From positions 2,619-66,618 of the forward strand of contig DBHR01000105.1 of the NCBI GenBank assembly GCA_002296225.1: DNA of 64,000 nt, given 5' to 3'. Under the pieces are notes generated by a model. The model saw only the letters and a program-made list of their open reading frames with translations, searched no databases and had not been told where the DNA came from. Positions 37,874 through 47,809 of the stretch are shown piece by piece (positions within the stretch are counted from its first letter, which is position 1; every line of letters begins with the position of its first letter). Position numbers and translations under genes: made by a program. Source of the DNA: Acidobacteria bacterium UBA823. Its GTDB lineage: Bacteria > Acidobacteriota > Vicinamibacteria > Vicinamibacterales > UBA823.

Positions 37874-38410
37874 TCATTCCCGTTCTTTCACGGTCTTACC
37901 TGCCAACAACTCCTTAAGAGCAGCCAATCTGGGATCACGCCACTCGACCGAGCATTTGCACCCAGCAACATTAAGGTTCGCACCGCAAACGACGCAAAGC
38001 CCTCGACAGTGTCTCTGACAGAGAATCTTCATGGGCAGACCAAGATAGAGCTGCTCACGTATGAGTTTCCCTAGGTCGATCTGATCGTCGCAATAAAATG
38101 CCGTCGACAAATCATCGTCGTCGATCTCAGCCTCACCGACCCCGATGTTCAACGCCTGCTCGACGTAGCGGAGGTCGAACGTTACATCCAGTGCCATCTC
38201 GCACGGCTCTACGCATCGACTGCAACTCACACAAAGTCGCGTTACAAGGCCCCCAACCAACCGGTAGCAGTCACGGATCTTCTCAACATCGCATGAAAGC
38301 CTCACAGGCGCACCAATAGTGAAATCACCGGTTGCGTCGAAGGCTGACACGGGATAGGTCCGTTCCAAGTGCTCGCGCGGCCCAGTCAGCGCTTTGAGGT
38401 CTAACAGCAT
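37874..38410 (-). CDS. DUF177/YceD-family protein
   Basis: 178 aa with Cys clusters (CSRC, CVVCG). It holds the conserved position immediately upstream of rpmF. Confidence 0.8.
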   Translation of the reverse strand: MLLDLKALTGPREHLERTYPVSAFDATGDFTIGAPVRLSCDVEKIRDCYRLVGGLVTRLCVSCSRCVEPCEMALDVTFDLRYVEQALNIGVGEAEIDDDDLSTAFYCDDQIDLGKLIREQLYLGLPMKILCQRHCRGLCVVCGANLNVAGCKCSVEWRDPRLAALKELLAGKTVKERE

Positions 38411-38485
38411 CTAGCCGCCTTCTCGTATGACTCCGAACCCGCAATCGTAGCACGAATGGATGGCCCGCCAGCGAACCGTGGCGTG

Positions 38486-39529
38486 TCACGCCAACTCGAC
38501 CCAAGGCTTCGGAATGAACAGTCGTTCGTAGAGACTCACCGCAAAACGGTCGGTCATGCCAGCCAGGAAATCTCGTGCCGCAGCGTCGACACCCTCGTCG
38601 GCAACTATTCCTCCGTCGAGAAAAACCTCAGGCCGTTCGTGCACCTTTTCCCAAAGCCCACCGAGGATCCCTGACGCCTTCTGAAACTCACTCGTCGCAT
38701 CGCTGTTCTCGTACACTGCTTCAAAGAGATACGCGCGCAGGTTGAGTAGTGCGTCCAAGATGTCGTCGCTCATACGCACTTGATCGAGCTCTGCCTGCAT
38801 AGTCTGCAAGATGACGTCAGTCACGAGCCGATTGATCCGCTTGGACGTTGTCCCTCCCAACACCGCGATCGGCTCAGCAGGCAGGTCTGATTCGCCCAAT
38901 AGGCCTGCCCGTAAAGCGTCATCAATGTCGTGGTTCACGTAAGCAATGATGTCGGCAACGCGGGCCACCTGCCCTTCAAGTGTTGTCGCCCGATTCGCAT
39001 TCTCCGCCCCCACCGGAGCACCACGCTTCCCCTTCGAGTGCTTGGCTATTCCGTCGCGTACCTCCCAAGTTAAATTGAGGCCTCGGCCCTCGTTTTCCAA
39101 CCGATCCACGATACGCAAGCTCTGCTCGTAGTGATTGAAGCCACCAGGAATCAACTTTCGCAACACCTGCTCGCCAGCATGCCCGAACGGGGTGTGTCCC
39201 AGATCGTGTCCCAATGCAATAGCCTCGGTCAGTTCTTCGTGCAGACGGAGCACCTTCGACACGGTCCGCGCGATTTGCGAAACCTCGAGCGTATGGGTCA
39301 GACGCGTCCGATAGTGATCACCAGCCGGGGAGAAGAAGACCTGGGTCTTGTGCTTCAACCGACGAAACGCCTTGCAGTGCACGATGCGATCGCGATCACG
39401 CTGAAACGCGGGACGGATCGAATCCTCGGCCTCTGATTTTGGCCGCCCCCGACTTGCGTCACTCTTCGAGGCTTGCGGAGCAAGAAGTTCGTGTTCGCGC
39501 GATTCGAGGTTAGCTCTGATACTGCTCAT
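38486..39529 (-). CDS. dGTP triphosphohydrolase-like HD-domain protein
   Basis: 347 aa with FQRDRDRI.H..AFRRLK.KTQVF......HYRTRLTHTLEV.QIAR and HDLGHTPFGH. Confidence 0.85.
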   Translation of the reverse strand: MSSIRANLESREHELLAPQASKSDASRGRPKSEAEDSIRPAFQRDRDRIVHCKAFRRLKHKTQVFFSPAGDHYRTRLTHTLEVSQIARTVSKVLRLHEELTEAIALGHDLGHTPFGHAGEQVLRKLIPGGFNHYEQSLRIVDRLENEGRGLNLTWEVRDGIAKHSKGKRGAPVGAENANRATTLEGQVARVADIIAYVNHDIDDALRAGLLGESDLPAEPIAVLGGTTSKRINRLVTDVILQTMQAELDQVRMSDDILDALLNLRAYLFEAVYENSDATSEFQKASGILGGLWEKVHERPEVFLDGGIVADEGVDAAARDFLAGMTDRFAVSLYERLFIPKPWVELA

Positions 39530-39570
39530 CTATGTCATCTCACAACCTGCGCTCTGACGGACCAATCCGG

Positions 39571-40758
39571 CTACAACTCCAGTGCAACCTCTCCGAGAAA
39601 GCTCACACCTTCTATCAGCGGCTCCAAGCCGAACCCTTCGGCGATCGTCTGACCGAGGTCGGCTAAGCTCGACCTCGTCCCCAACTCGGCACCAGCGCGA
39701 ACCGCCGATCCGGCGATCAAAACCGGCACGTGCTCTCGCGAGTGATCCGTGCTCGGCGTCGTCGGGTCGTTGCCATGATCCGCTGTTATGGCGAACAGGT
39801 CACCGTCCTCTATGCGAGGCAGCAGACGAGCCAAACGGCTATCGAACCGCTCCAAGTTGGCCGCGTATCCGGGCACGTCGTTTCGATGACCATACACGGT
39901 GTCGAAATCGACGAGATTAACCAAGATCAAACCGCGTGTTACCGACGAAAGCGTTTGCTCAAGCGCATTCATCCCGTCATCGTCAGATGAGGTGTGAATC
40001 GCCTTGGAAACACCGCGCCCGGCGAACAGTTCATCGACCTTCCCAATCGTGGTCACCGGTATGCCGGCGGCCACTGCCCGATCGAGCAACGTTTCACCTG
40101 GCGCTGCACGTGCGAAGTCTCGACGATTTGCCGTACGCCTAAAGGAGCCTTGCTTGCCGACGAAGGGTCGCGCAATAATCCGGCCTACACCAAGCCCTTC
40201 GCCCAGCACATCGAAGGCGATCTCGCAGTACCGATACAACTCAGCCAAGGGCGTCACCGATTCGTGCGCCGCAATCTGGCAGACGCTGTCAGCCGACGTG
40301 TAAACGATCGGCGCACCGGTATCGAGGTGCGCCATCCCGAACCGCTCGATGATTTCGGTTCCAGACGCTGCTACGTTCCCGAGCGTCTTTCGTCCGATCC
40401 GCCGTTCGAAATCGGTGATGGCCGTCACGGGAAAACCATCCGGAAAAATGGGAAATGGCTGATCCAGCGTTACACCGGTCAGTTCCCAGTGTCCCGTCAC
40501 GGAATCCTTACCAGGCGACGCCTCCATCATCCGGCCGAAGGCCGCCAGTGCCGGCGGTGGCTCCCCGCCTAACTCAACAACGCGTCCAAGCCCCATCGCG
40601 CGGAGCGTCGGAATCGCGAGCGGCACGCGCTTCGCCACGTTGCCGAGCGTGTTACTACCCTCGTCCGCGTATGCCGCTGCATCGGGAAGCGCGCCGACCC
40701 CGGCACCGTCGAGGACGATTACAATCGCACGGGAAAACCGAAGAGGCGAGAATCGCAC
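39571..40758 (-). CDS. deoB: Phosphopentomutase
   Basis: 395 aa with IVIVLDGAGVG..PDA..Y.DEGSNTLGN and the C-terminal ITADHGNDPT....DHSREHVP. Confidence 0.9.
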   Translation of the reverse strand: MRFSPLRFSRAIVIVLDGAGVGALPDAAAYADEGSNTLGNVAKRVPLAIPTLRAMGLGRVVELGGEPPPALAAFGRMMEASPGKDSVTGHWELTGVTLDQPFPIFPDGFPVTAITDFERRIGRKTLGNVAASGTEIIERFGMAHLDTGAPIVYTSADSVCQIAAHESVTPLAELYRYCEIAFDVLGEGLGVGRIIARPFVGKQGSFRRTANRRDFARAAPGETLLDRAVAAGIPVTTIGKVDELFAGRGVSKAIHTSSDDDGMNALEQTLSSVTRGLILVNLVDFDTVYGHRNDVPGYAANLERFDSRLARLLPRIEDGDLFAITADHGNDPTTPSTDHSREHVPVLIAGSAVRAGAELGTRSSLADLGQTIAEGFGLEPLIEGVSFLGEVALEL

Positions 40759-40800
40759 GGAACTATCGGCCGCCCATCATCGTAATGGGCGACCGCCATC

Positions 40801-41808
40801 TCACGGCGTAACCCGCGCAGGCTGCGGGTTCACGTGCCCGTGAACGATCTGCGCCGCCGCCCTAAACGCGTACGCCGGCCCATCATCCACTTGAATCCAG
40901 TGTAGGTTAGGTTCTTTCCTAAACCAGATCAACTGACGGCGCGCGTAACGACGGTTGGCACGCACGATTTCGTCGCGCATGCTCGTCTCGTCACCAACCC
41001 CGTTCAGGAACGCCAACGCCTGCCGGTACACCATGCCGCTGAATGGTGGAGCCGAGTCGGGTATACCTGACGCCCGCAATCCGCGAATCTCGTCCAATAG
41101 CCCCTCATCGAACTGAGCGGCTGCACGGCGCGCTACCTTCGCAGCAGTTACTTCACTCGACTGGCGCAGTGCAATCCCGACGATAACGTATCCCTTCAGG
41201 GGAGACCGAGTTTCCTCAAAGTGGCGCGTCAGCGGCCATCCGGTGAGGTAGTAGACCTCCAACGCTCGAATGAGCCGTTTTTCGTCCCTCGCGTGGATCC
41301 GGTCGGCCGACTCGGGATCTACACGGCGTACCATGCGGTGCAACCGTTCCACACCGTGTCGGCATCCGAGACGCCTCAAACGCTCCCGCAGACCGGCGTC
41401 CCGCCCAGGCCCGGGAAACAAGCCTTGCGTAAGCGCCCGATAATACAGCCCGGTTCCACCCACGAGCACTGGTAATCGTCCCCTGGCGGTGATCGTCCGG
41501 ACCACCGCAGCCGCCTCGACGGCATACCGAGCCGCCGAGTAGACCTCGCGGGGATCGACGACGTCGATTAAGTGATGCGGGATGCCCAGACGAGCGGCGA
41601 GCGCCACCTTGTCGGTGCCAATATCGAATCCACGGTAAACAGTCGTTGAGTCGCAACTGATCACCTCGCCACCGAAACGCTCGGCGAGGCTAATCCCCAA
41701 CCTACTCTTCCCTGTTGCCGTCGGGCCGACAACCGCAATCAAAATCGGAGTCTCGTTTAGCGAAGGGATAATGGGCGCATTCGTACCCTTTTCGCGGGTT
41801 TCAGGCAT
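40801..41808 (-). CDS. miaA: tRNA dimethylallyltransferase
   Basis: P-loop VVGPTATGKSRLG, then DSTTVYRGFDIGTDK and HHLID. The start is trimmed to the ATG at 41808. The track ORF adds 58 atypical residues. Confidence 0.9.
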   Translation of the reverse strand: MPETREKGTNAPIIPSLNETPILIAVVGPTATGKSRLGISLAERFGGEVISCDSTTVYRGFDIGTDKVALAARLGIPHHLIDVVDPREVYSAARYAVEAAAVVRTITARGRLPVLVGGTGLYYRALTQGLFPGPGRDAGLRERLRRLGCRHGVERLHRMVRRVDPESADRIHARDEKRLIRALEVYYLTGWPLTRHFEETRSPLKGYVIVGIALRQSSEVTAAKVARRAAAQFDEGLLDEIRGLRASGIPDSAPPFSGMVYRQALAFLNGVGDETSMRDEIVRANRRYARRQLIWFRKEPNLHWIQVDDGPAYAFRAAAQIVHGHVNPQPARVTP

Positions 41809-41994
41809 TGTCGCTTGATCACTTAACTCGCTTGCATGTGGGGTGTCGGCCACGTCAGGCCGTCCAACATCGAGGTTGACCACGTCATAAGAGAAGTCCA
41901 CCGTTCCGCGAATGTCCGGTTTTGTTGTGTGTGCGGGACCCAACCTCCGCCGCAACCCGAGAGACCAGGGACAAGTAATCAATAACCGGCCCTA

Positions 41995-43086
41995 TTACAT
42001 GGGCGGGCGTTCGTTGTAGTAGAAGGTAACAGTGAAGAACGCCTTGTCCGCCGGATACTCTGGCGGCAGAGGCTGGGTCGGGTCCGACGCCAACAGTGCA
42101 TTGCGCCCAGACGAGTTGAAGGAATCGGTCGTTGACGGGTCGACTACGGTCACGTCGGTTAACGAGCCGTTCTTGTAAACGTTGAACGTGATTACGGTGT
42201 GCCCCGACCATCCCTTAAGCATCGCTGCGTAGGGCAAAAGCCAGTTGCGCTTAATCTGAGCAATGAACCGCCGGATCCAGGGTCCAAATTCAACGCCCAT
42301 CGAATCAAACTGAATCGATGGACCGAACTGCCCACCTCCACCCTGGGGATTGTCAAAGCTTTCGAAATCAATGTACCGATCGAGATTCTGAATCGCCTCG
42401 CCCAAGGACCCGCCCGATAGGGGCCGGCGACTTTCCGCCGGCGGAATCCGTGACGCCACAGGTGGCAGACCGGCAGCAGTCGCACCTAGTTCAGCTAAGT
42501 CGAACTGGCCAGAGCCCTCGTCCTCAGCGGTCCCGACCTCGGTTTCGGCGTCAGTAGCCATCTCGGTCTCCTTGGCCTCCCCGTCAGCCAGCGCGGTATC
42601 CTCTTCACCGATTTCACCATCTGGCTGGCCGTCCGCCGAATCCAAGCTTGGCCCATCGCCGCGTGCATCCTCGGCGAGTTCAGGCCTGATGACGAACTCA
42701 GGCGAGTTCCCACGCGCGAACGGCAGCGGGTTCGTCGGAGCGGGTGACCGCTCAGGAGCCATGGCCATACGATCCCGATCGGACAGCACGCCATCATTAG
42801 GCGGCTCTGGCGCTTCGGTATCTATGAGCGGCTGCACGAAGACAAAGCGTCCAGCCTGTCGCTGTTGCATGCGCTGCTGCTCGAGCCTTTGAGCGTCGCG
42901 TGACTCAGCTTCCTTCTCGCGACGCTCAATCCACTCGTTAACAAATTCCAACCTGGGTAACACCATAAGGAAGAAGATGACGACCAGGGCATGTCCGACA
43001 ACGGAAATCAGAAATCCCTCACGGCGCGACATCACGCTGTCGAAGGACGGTGCGTCGGGGCGCAAATCCTCGAACTGGAAGTACAT
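41995..43086 (-). CDS. TonB-family energy transducer
   Basis: N-terminal TM segment with the S-x3-H motif (ISVVGHALVV), a long Pro/Glu/Asp-rich spacer, and a C-terminal TonB_C-like fold (WSGHTVITFNVYKNGSLTDVTVV..S....F......AL). No exbBD genes are adjacent. Confidence 0.75.
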   Translation of the reverse strand: MYFQFEDLRPDAPSFDSVMSRREGFLISVVGHALVVIFFLMVLPRLEFVNEWIERREKEAESRDAQRLEQQRMQQRQAGRFVFVQPLIDTEAPEPPNDGVLSDRDRMAMAPERSPAPTNPLPFARGNSPEFVIRPELAEDARGDGPSLDSADGQPDGEIGEEDTALADGEAKETEMATDAETEVGTAEDEGSGQFDLAELGATAAGLPPVASRIPPAESRRPLSGGSLGEAIQNLDRYIDFESFDNPQGGGGQFGPSIQFDSMGVEFGPWIRRFIAQIKRNWLLPYAAMLKGWSGHTVITFNVYKNGSLTDVTVVDPSTTDSFNSSGRNALLASDPTQPLPPEYPADKAFFTVTFYYNERPPM

Positions 43087-43118
43087 CAGTCGGTTAGACG
43101 ATTATAGCAGCCGGTTAG
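43087..43118 (-). repeat. Direct repeat CTAACCG(G/A)CTG x2, 21-bp period, bracketing the tonB -10 box
   Basis: The minus strand reads gggaaaCTAACCGGCTGctataatcgtCTAACCGACTGATG. Ten of 11 positions are identical. The second copy abuts the tonB ATG. Confidence 0.5.
43101..43106 (-). promoter_or_regulatory. Consensus TATAAT -10 box 14 nt upstream of the tonB ATG
   Basis: Exact TATAAT on the minus strand in the 43-bp ubiE-tonB spacer. This implies a very short leader with no Shine-Dalgarno sequence. Confidence 0.4.
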
Positions 43119-43129
43119 TTTCCCGCCTG

Positions 43130-43858
43130 TCAGGGACGGGTTGCTAGATGTAGGTAAACGACGCCGCAGGTGAGCGAGACCATACGCACCTCGGTGAACC
43201 CCAACTCGACTAAAAGGGCCGACAGCCTGGCCGGCGGTAGAAAGGCGTGCACAGATGCCGGTAGGTACGCGTAGGCCTCCGGATGGCGCGAGATTAGTCG
43301 GCCCACCCAGGGCAGAAATCGTTCGAAATACCACCCGTATAGCCCTTTAATGATCGGAGTCGACGGCATATTGAACTCAAGAATTGCCAGCCGTCCACCC
43401 GGACGCAGCACCCGCCGGATCTCGTCACACACCGCCCGAGTGTCGGCGACGTTCCGAATACCAAACCCGATCGTCACCGCATCGGCGGACCCGTCGCACA
43501 GCGGAATGCATGACGCGTCGCCTCGCATCAGTTGGACCAACGCGGTGGCATCGTGGCGCTCTACCTTCTGAGCAGCCAGCTTCAACATCGCGCTGGCAAA
43601 ATCGATCCCGATTACCCGTCGCGCGTGCGCCCGCTGCGACTGGACCGCCGCAAGCGCTAAATCGCCTGTCCCGGTACACAGGTCAACAAGTGTCTCCTGT
43701 CCGCTCAATTCGAGCGCCGTGATCGCCTGGACGCGCCACCGCCGATCAAATCCAGCGCTCAGCAAATGGTTGAGGGCATCGTACCGGGGCGCAATCGCGT
43801 CGAACATGTCCGCTATACGGCGGGCATCCTTCTCTAGGAGATTCTGGCCGCCTGTCAT
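43130..43858 (-). CDS. ubiE: Demethylmenaquinone/ubiquinone C-methyltransferase
   Basis: FD.IAPRYD..N..LS.G.DR.WR and the SAM motif DLCTGTGD. The start at 43858 gives an ATGA overlap with the ubiX stop. A GTG at 43867 is an alternative start. Confidence 0.9.
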   Translation of the reverse strand: MTGGQNLLEKDARRIADMFDAIAPRYDALNHLLSAGFDRRWRVQAITALELSGQETLVDLCTGTGDLALAAVQSQRAHARRVIGIDFASAMLKLAAQKVERHDATALVQLMRGDASCIPLCDGSADAVTIGFGIRNVADTRAVCDEIRRVLRPGGRLAILEFNMPSTPIIKGLYGWYFERFLPWVGRLISRHPEAYAYLPASVHAFLPPARLSALLVELGFTEVRMVSLTCGVVYLHLATRP

Positions 43859-44463
43859 CCCTTCCACGGCGGGTATAGGTCGTGCACCAGTCCAAGCGCC
43901 GACAAAATCTTGCCAGCCATGAAGTCAGCCAGGTCTTCGAGCCGCTCCGGCTTCTGATAGAACGCAGGCATCGCCGGAAGCACCATCGCACCCGCTTCGG
44001 CGCATGACACCATATTCCGCAGCTGCGGCAAACTCATAGGGGTCTCGCGTGGCACGAGGATCAGCGGTCTCCGTTCCTTCAGCATTACGTCGGCCGCACG
44101 CTCAACGAGGTTTCTGGATAGCCCGTGGGCTACCCCTGCGAGCGTCTTCATCGAGCACGGCACGATGGCCATCCCTTCACAGCCGTGGCTGCCACTCGCA
44201 ATGCCGGCGCCAAGATCTTTGTTAGAGTGCAGTTGCAGGACTCCACGCTCGACGGCTGAGCCGTAGGACCGGCTCAAGTACGGTAGAAGCTTGTCGGCAG
44301 GCACGCTGAGTTCTTCGGTCAGCAGCCGTCGCCCGAAGTCACTAACGACCAGTTCAACCCGATAACCCCGTTCGAGCAGCGCCGCTAGGGTACGAACAGC
44401 GTAGAGCGCCCCGCTAGCACCGGTAATGGCAACAGCAAGCGACCTGCGCGGCTTATCCGACAT
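43855..44463 (-). CDS. ubiX: Flavin prenyltransferase UbiX family (MqnM-like in this context)
   Basis: MSDKPRRSLAVAITGASGALYAV and MAIVPCSMKTLAG. The start is trimmed to the ATG at 44463. Confidence 0.9.
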   Translation of the reverse strand: MSDKPRRSLAVAITGASGALYAVRTLAALLERGYRVELVVSDFGRRLLTEELSVPADKLLPYLSRSYGSAVERGVLQLHSNKDLGAGIASGSHGCEGMAIVPCSMKTLAGVAHGLSRNLVERAADVMLKERRPLILVPRETPMSLPQLRNMVSCAEAGAMVLPAMPAFYQKPERLEDLADFMAGKILSALGLVHDLYPPWKG

Positions 44464-45313
44464 AAACAGCCACCGCGGTGGTCGCAAGATAGAGAAATCC
44501 TACGTAGCCGTTCAAGTCGAACGCCGCCTTTACCCGAGACAGATCGTCCGCGCGTACGAGCGACTGCTCGTAGACCAGCAGCGTGGCCACCGCACCTACA
44601 CCAAACAGATACACTGGCCCCAACCCAGTGACCGTAGCGAGCGCCACGAGCGCCACGACAGTTAGGACGTGCATCCCACGCGAGATCCACAGTGCCCGAG
44701 GCACCCCGAACCTGACTGGAATCGATCGCAAACCCTGATTCCGATCGAAGTCAATATCCTGGCACGCATATAGCACGTCAAAGCCCGCAACCCACATACC
44801 GATCGCCACGCCCAGTAGCCAGGGCTCCCAACCGGCGCGTCCACCCGCGGCAAGCCAACCGCCGACTGGCGCGACCGCCATGGCGAGCCCGAGGAACAGT
44901 TGCGTATAGGCAGTGTAACGCTTCGCCACCGAATACCAGAAAACGATTACCAACGCGACGGGTGACAGGGCAAAACAGAGCGCCGAAATCTTCCAGGTAA
45001 CACCAACGAACACGAGCGACCAACACCCTACAAAGACCGTTGCCTGTAAATTGGAGATCGTACCGCGAGGCATCTCCCGCGCCACGGTGCGTGGATTCAG
45101 TGCGTCATACCGCGCATCGAGCAGGCGATTAAAACCCATGGCGGCAGCGCGCGCGGACACCATCGCAGCGATGATCCAGCCCACCCGGCCTAGCGTCACG
45201 GGCGTATACCGCGACGCGAACAGCACGCCGACCAGAGCGAATGGCAACGCGAAGACTGAATGGCTGAACCGCACGAAGGAGGCATACGTGCGCAGCCGTT
45301 TCAACATCGACAA
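44453..45313 (-). CDS. UbiA-family aromatic prenyltransferase (MqnP-like by context)
   Basis: 286 aa and polytopic, with the Asp-rich motif NRLLDARYD and a second YACQDIDFD. It sits between the futalosine genes and ubiX/ubiE. Confidence 0.8.
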   Translation of the reverse strand: MSMLKRLRTYASFVRFSHSVFALPFALVGVLFASRYTPVTLGRVGWIIAAMVSARAAAMGFNRLLDARYDALNPRTVAREMPRGTISNLQATVFVGCWSLVFVGVTWKISALCFALSPVALVIVFWYSVAKRYTAYTQLFLGLAMAVAPVGGWLAAGGRAGWEPWLLGVAIGMWVAGFDVLYACQDIDFDRNQGLRSIPVRFGVPRALWISRGMHVLTVVALVALATVTGLGPVYLFGVGAVATLLVYEQSLVRADDLSRVKAAFDLNGYVGFLYLATTAVAVYVG

Positions 45314-45355
45314 ACTCTCCTTAGTGTTCGCGCATGGCGACGGGTCGCCGAACGC

Positions 45356-46573
45356 CTACACCGCGTCATCGAGCCAAGTGATCTGCGAAGGCTCGATGCC
45401 TCCGAGCAGATACTCTTCCACATCATAGACCGCCTCGGGTAGCGTCACGGCGATCAGGTCCGCGCGCTTCCCCGGCTCGATCGTGCCGAACGCGTCGTCC
45501 CAGCGTAGCGCCCGCGCACCTTCGATCGTCGCGCTCGCGAGCAACGACGCGGCTGGCACGTCGGGCGCGAGCTTTCGTAGCCTCGCGAGCTCAGCGAAGA
45601 GGCTTAGGTTAGGCGCGCTGGCTAAGCTGTCCGTGCCAACCGCCAGCCGGATACCCGACTCCAAGAAGCGCTGAACAGGTGGCGTGCCCGCCCCCGTCAA
45701 TGCGTTGCTGCGTGGACACGTCACCAACGTCATCCCTCGGCGCGCCAGCTTGGCAAGATCACCCGCGGTTAATTGCACGCCGTGCACAACGATGACCAGT
45801 GGGTCGAGCCACCCCACCTGTTCGAGAAACTCAACTGGACCGCACGCAGGCACTTGCCAGGACGGGTTCCAGACGCCGAGCCGCTCGAGTAGTTGCCGCC
45901 AAGGCCCGCTGCCATCAGCGAGAAACGCTAATTCCTCAGACGATTCGGCGAGGTGCACAACCAGCGGAGCTTCTGGATACCTTGTGCTTAACTCCCGTCG
46001 CAGCGCCTCGAACAGCGCAGGCGCCACCGAGTAGGGTGCATGCGCGGCCACGCTGACCCGCACGCCAGCGTCATCACTCGACAGATTGATCGCCTCGACC
46101 GCGGAACGCGCCTGCGCATCGGGATCTGGGGGATTGAATCCTAGGATCTCGTGGAAGACTACGGCCGACAGTGACGCTCGCTGCAGCGGTTCCACCGTCG
46201 CTAGCGTGTTACTAATATCGCCGACGAGGGCTGTGCCGTGGCACCGCAATTCGACGATGGCCGCATCGATGGCCATGCACGTCTCGGCACCGATATCCCG
46301 GCGCGCAGTGAGTAAACTGTCGACCCATTCGGGCATCGCTGCGGCCGGAGCAATACGGTCCCGGAGTGCCGAGAGCTCAAGGTGTGTGTGCGCATTGACG
46401 AGGCCGGGCAACACTACGACTGAACCAAGGTCGAGTTCGGTTCCGTTCGTGGCACCAGCATCCAAGGAGGCGGACCCGATCGACACAATGCGTCCCTGGT
46501 CGAGCGTGAGGCTGGCGTTCCGAATCGGAGGCCCGGCGATAGGTAGGGCCCACGCAGCACGGTAGCGACGCAT
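45356..46573 (-). CDS. Amidohydrolase-superfamily deaminase/chlorohydrolase (aminofutalosine-deaminase-like by context)
   Basis: 405 aa with LPGLVNAHTHLELS metal-binding HxH, HLAES and VHGV. The specific substrate is not assignable from sequence alone. Confidence 0.7.
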   Translation of the reverse strand: MRRYRAAWALPIAGPPIRNASLTLDQGRIVSIGSASLDAGATNGTELDLGSVVVLPGLVNAHTHLELSALRDRIAPAAAMPEWVDSLLTARRDIGAETCMAIDAAIVELRCHGTALVGDISNTLATVEPLQRASLSAVVFHEILGFNPPDPDAQARSAVEAINLSSDDAGVRVSVAAHAPYSVAPALFEALRRELSTRYPEAPLVVHLAESSEELAFLADGSGPWRQLLERLGVWNPSWQVPACGPVEFLEQVGWLDPLVIVVHGVQLTAGDLAKLARRGMTLVTCPRSNALTGAGTPPVQRFLESGIRLAVGTDSLASAPNLSLFAELARLRKLAPDVPAASLLASATIEGARALRWDDAFGTIEPGKRADLIAVTLPEAVYDVEEYLLGGIEPSQITWLDDAV

Positions 46574-46588
46574 CGCGGCGGGGACTCT

Positions 46589-47809
46589 CTAGCGCGGGGC
46601 GCGGGCTCGCTTCCCAGCCGGCGTCCTAGCACGATATTGCACGAGCTCTTTCGGCACCGAGTGGTCGCCGGCAGCCCTAGCTTCCGCGAGCGTGGTCATC
46701 CGCGGAACATCGCGCTGGCGTACAATCGGATCCCCGAGCACGTCGTAGTGCATGTTCCGCCGTTTTGGTATAAAGCCCGCGTTTTCGATGTTCCTCACGA
46801 TTTCGAGTTCATCCATGCAGAAGGTAGCACCAGCCGCCCGCACGACGTTTTCTTCGATCATGACGCTACCCATGTCGTTCGCACCGTACGAGAGACTGAG
46901 CTGCCCCACCTTGCCTCCTTGGGTAACCCACGATGCTTGCAGGTTCTCGACGTTGTCGAGTACGAGCCGCGCCAGAGCTAATGTACGCAGGTATTCCACA
47001 CCCGTCGCCTCTGTCCCACCGCGTTTAGTGTTAGACGGTTGAAAACTCCAGGCGATGAACGCCGTGAACCCTCCAGTCTCATCCTGGAGCTCGCGAACGC
47101 GCATCAGATGCTCAATGCGCTCGTCCAAATGCTCAACCGTGCCGTACATCATCGTCACCGTAGTCCTGAGCCCGGCACGATGAGCGTCCCGCATCACACT
47201 CAGCCATTCGTCAGTCGACGCCTTGCTGTAGCAGTTCAGTTCCCGCCGCACTCGATCGACGAGAATCTCAGCACCGCCTCCGGGAATGCTGTCAAGGCCG
47301 GCATCCATAAGCCGCCTGATGATCAACGGCACGTCTAGCTGACTGAGATGGGAGAGATGGATAATCTCAGGCGGAGATAGCGCATGCAATCGAAACGACG
47401 GATACCGCGCCTTGACCGCGCGGAATAAGTCTTCGTACCACTCCAGTGGAAGGTCCGGGTTGTGTCCGCCCTGCAGCAGCAACTGTTCGCCGCCGACCGC
47501 GATAGTCTCGTCAATCTTTCGAAATAATTCGTCAAAGCCAACAACGTAGCCTTCGTCGGATCCCACAGGGCGATAGAACGCACAAAAATTACACCTCGCC
47601 ACACATACGTTGGTGTAGTTGACGTTTCGATCGATGATGTAAGTGACGATTCCAGATGGATGACGGCACGCACGCGCCTCGCCAGCCAGCCGACCGAGGA
47701 GATGCGTCGACGCCTGCTCGTAGAGTGTCAGGGCTTCCGCGCGGTTCAGGCGACCGCCACCGCTCACCTTTCGCGCGACCGCGTCGACGCCCCGTGGATT
47801 CTCAGTCAC
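46589..47809 (-). CDS. Radical-SAM menaquinone (futalosine-pathway) enzyme, MqnE/MqnC family
   Basis: 406 aa with the intact cluster motif NVCVARCNFCAFYR (CxxxCxxC). The GTGA overlap with mqnA and the adjacent deaminase slightly favour MqnE (aminofutalosine synthase) over MqnC. I cannot separate the two by eye. Confidence 0.85.
   Translation of the reverse strand: MTENPRGVDAVARKVSGGGRLNRAEALTLYEQASTHLLGRLAGEARACRHPSGIVTYIIDRNVNYTNVCVARCNFCAFYRPVGSDEGYVVGFDELFRKIDETIAVGGEQLLLQGGHNPDLPLEWYEDLFRAVKARYPSFRLHALSPPEIIHLSHLSQLDVPLIIRRLMDAGLDSIPGGGAEILVDRVRRELNCYSKASTDEWLSVMRDAHRAGLRTTVTMMYGTVEHLDERIEHLMRVRELQDETGGFTAFIAWSFQPSNTKRGGTEATGVEYLRTLALARLVLDNVENLQASWVTQGGKVGQLSLSYGANDMGSVMIEENVVRAAGATFCMDELEIVRNIENAGFIPKRRNMHYDVLGDPIVRQRDVPRMTTLAEARAAGDHSVPKELVQYRARTPAGKRARAPR

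Noticed and set aside
41809-41982. N-terminal extensions in ORF-track calls. Affected genes: miaA (+58 aa), etfA (+60 aa, overlapping etfB), carA (+23 aa), hrcA (+33 aa), rpsT (+26 aa), clpC (+22 aa), skp (+42 aa), plsX, rsmE, ilvE and the kinase at 17574.
   Set aside because: The extensions lack family-typical sequence and often overlap the neighbouring gene. Internal starts restore canonical N-termini (for example MANHKSAIK for S20, [11 protein letters not shown] for ClpC) or 4-nt overlaps. They are treated as over-calls, not novel domains.
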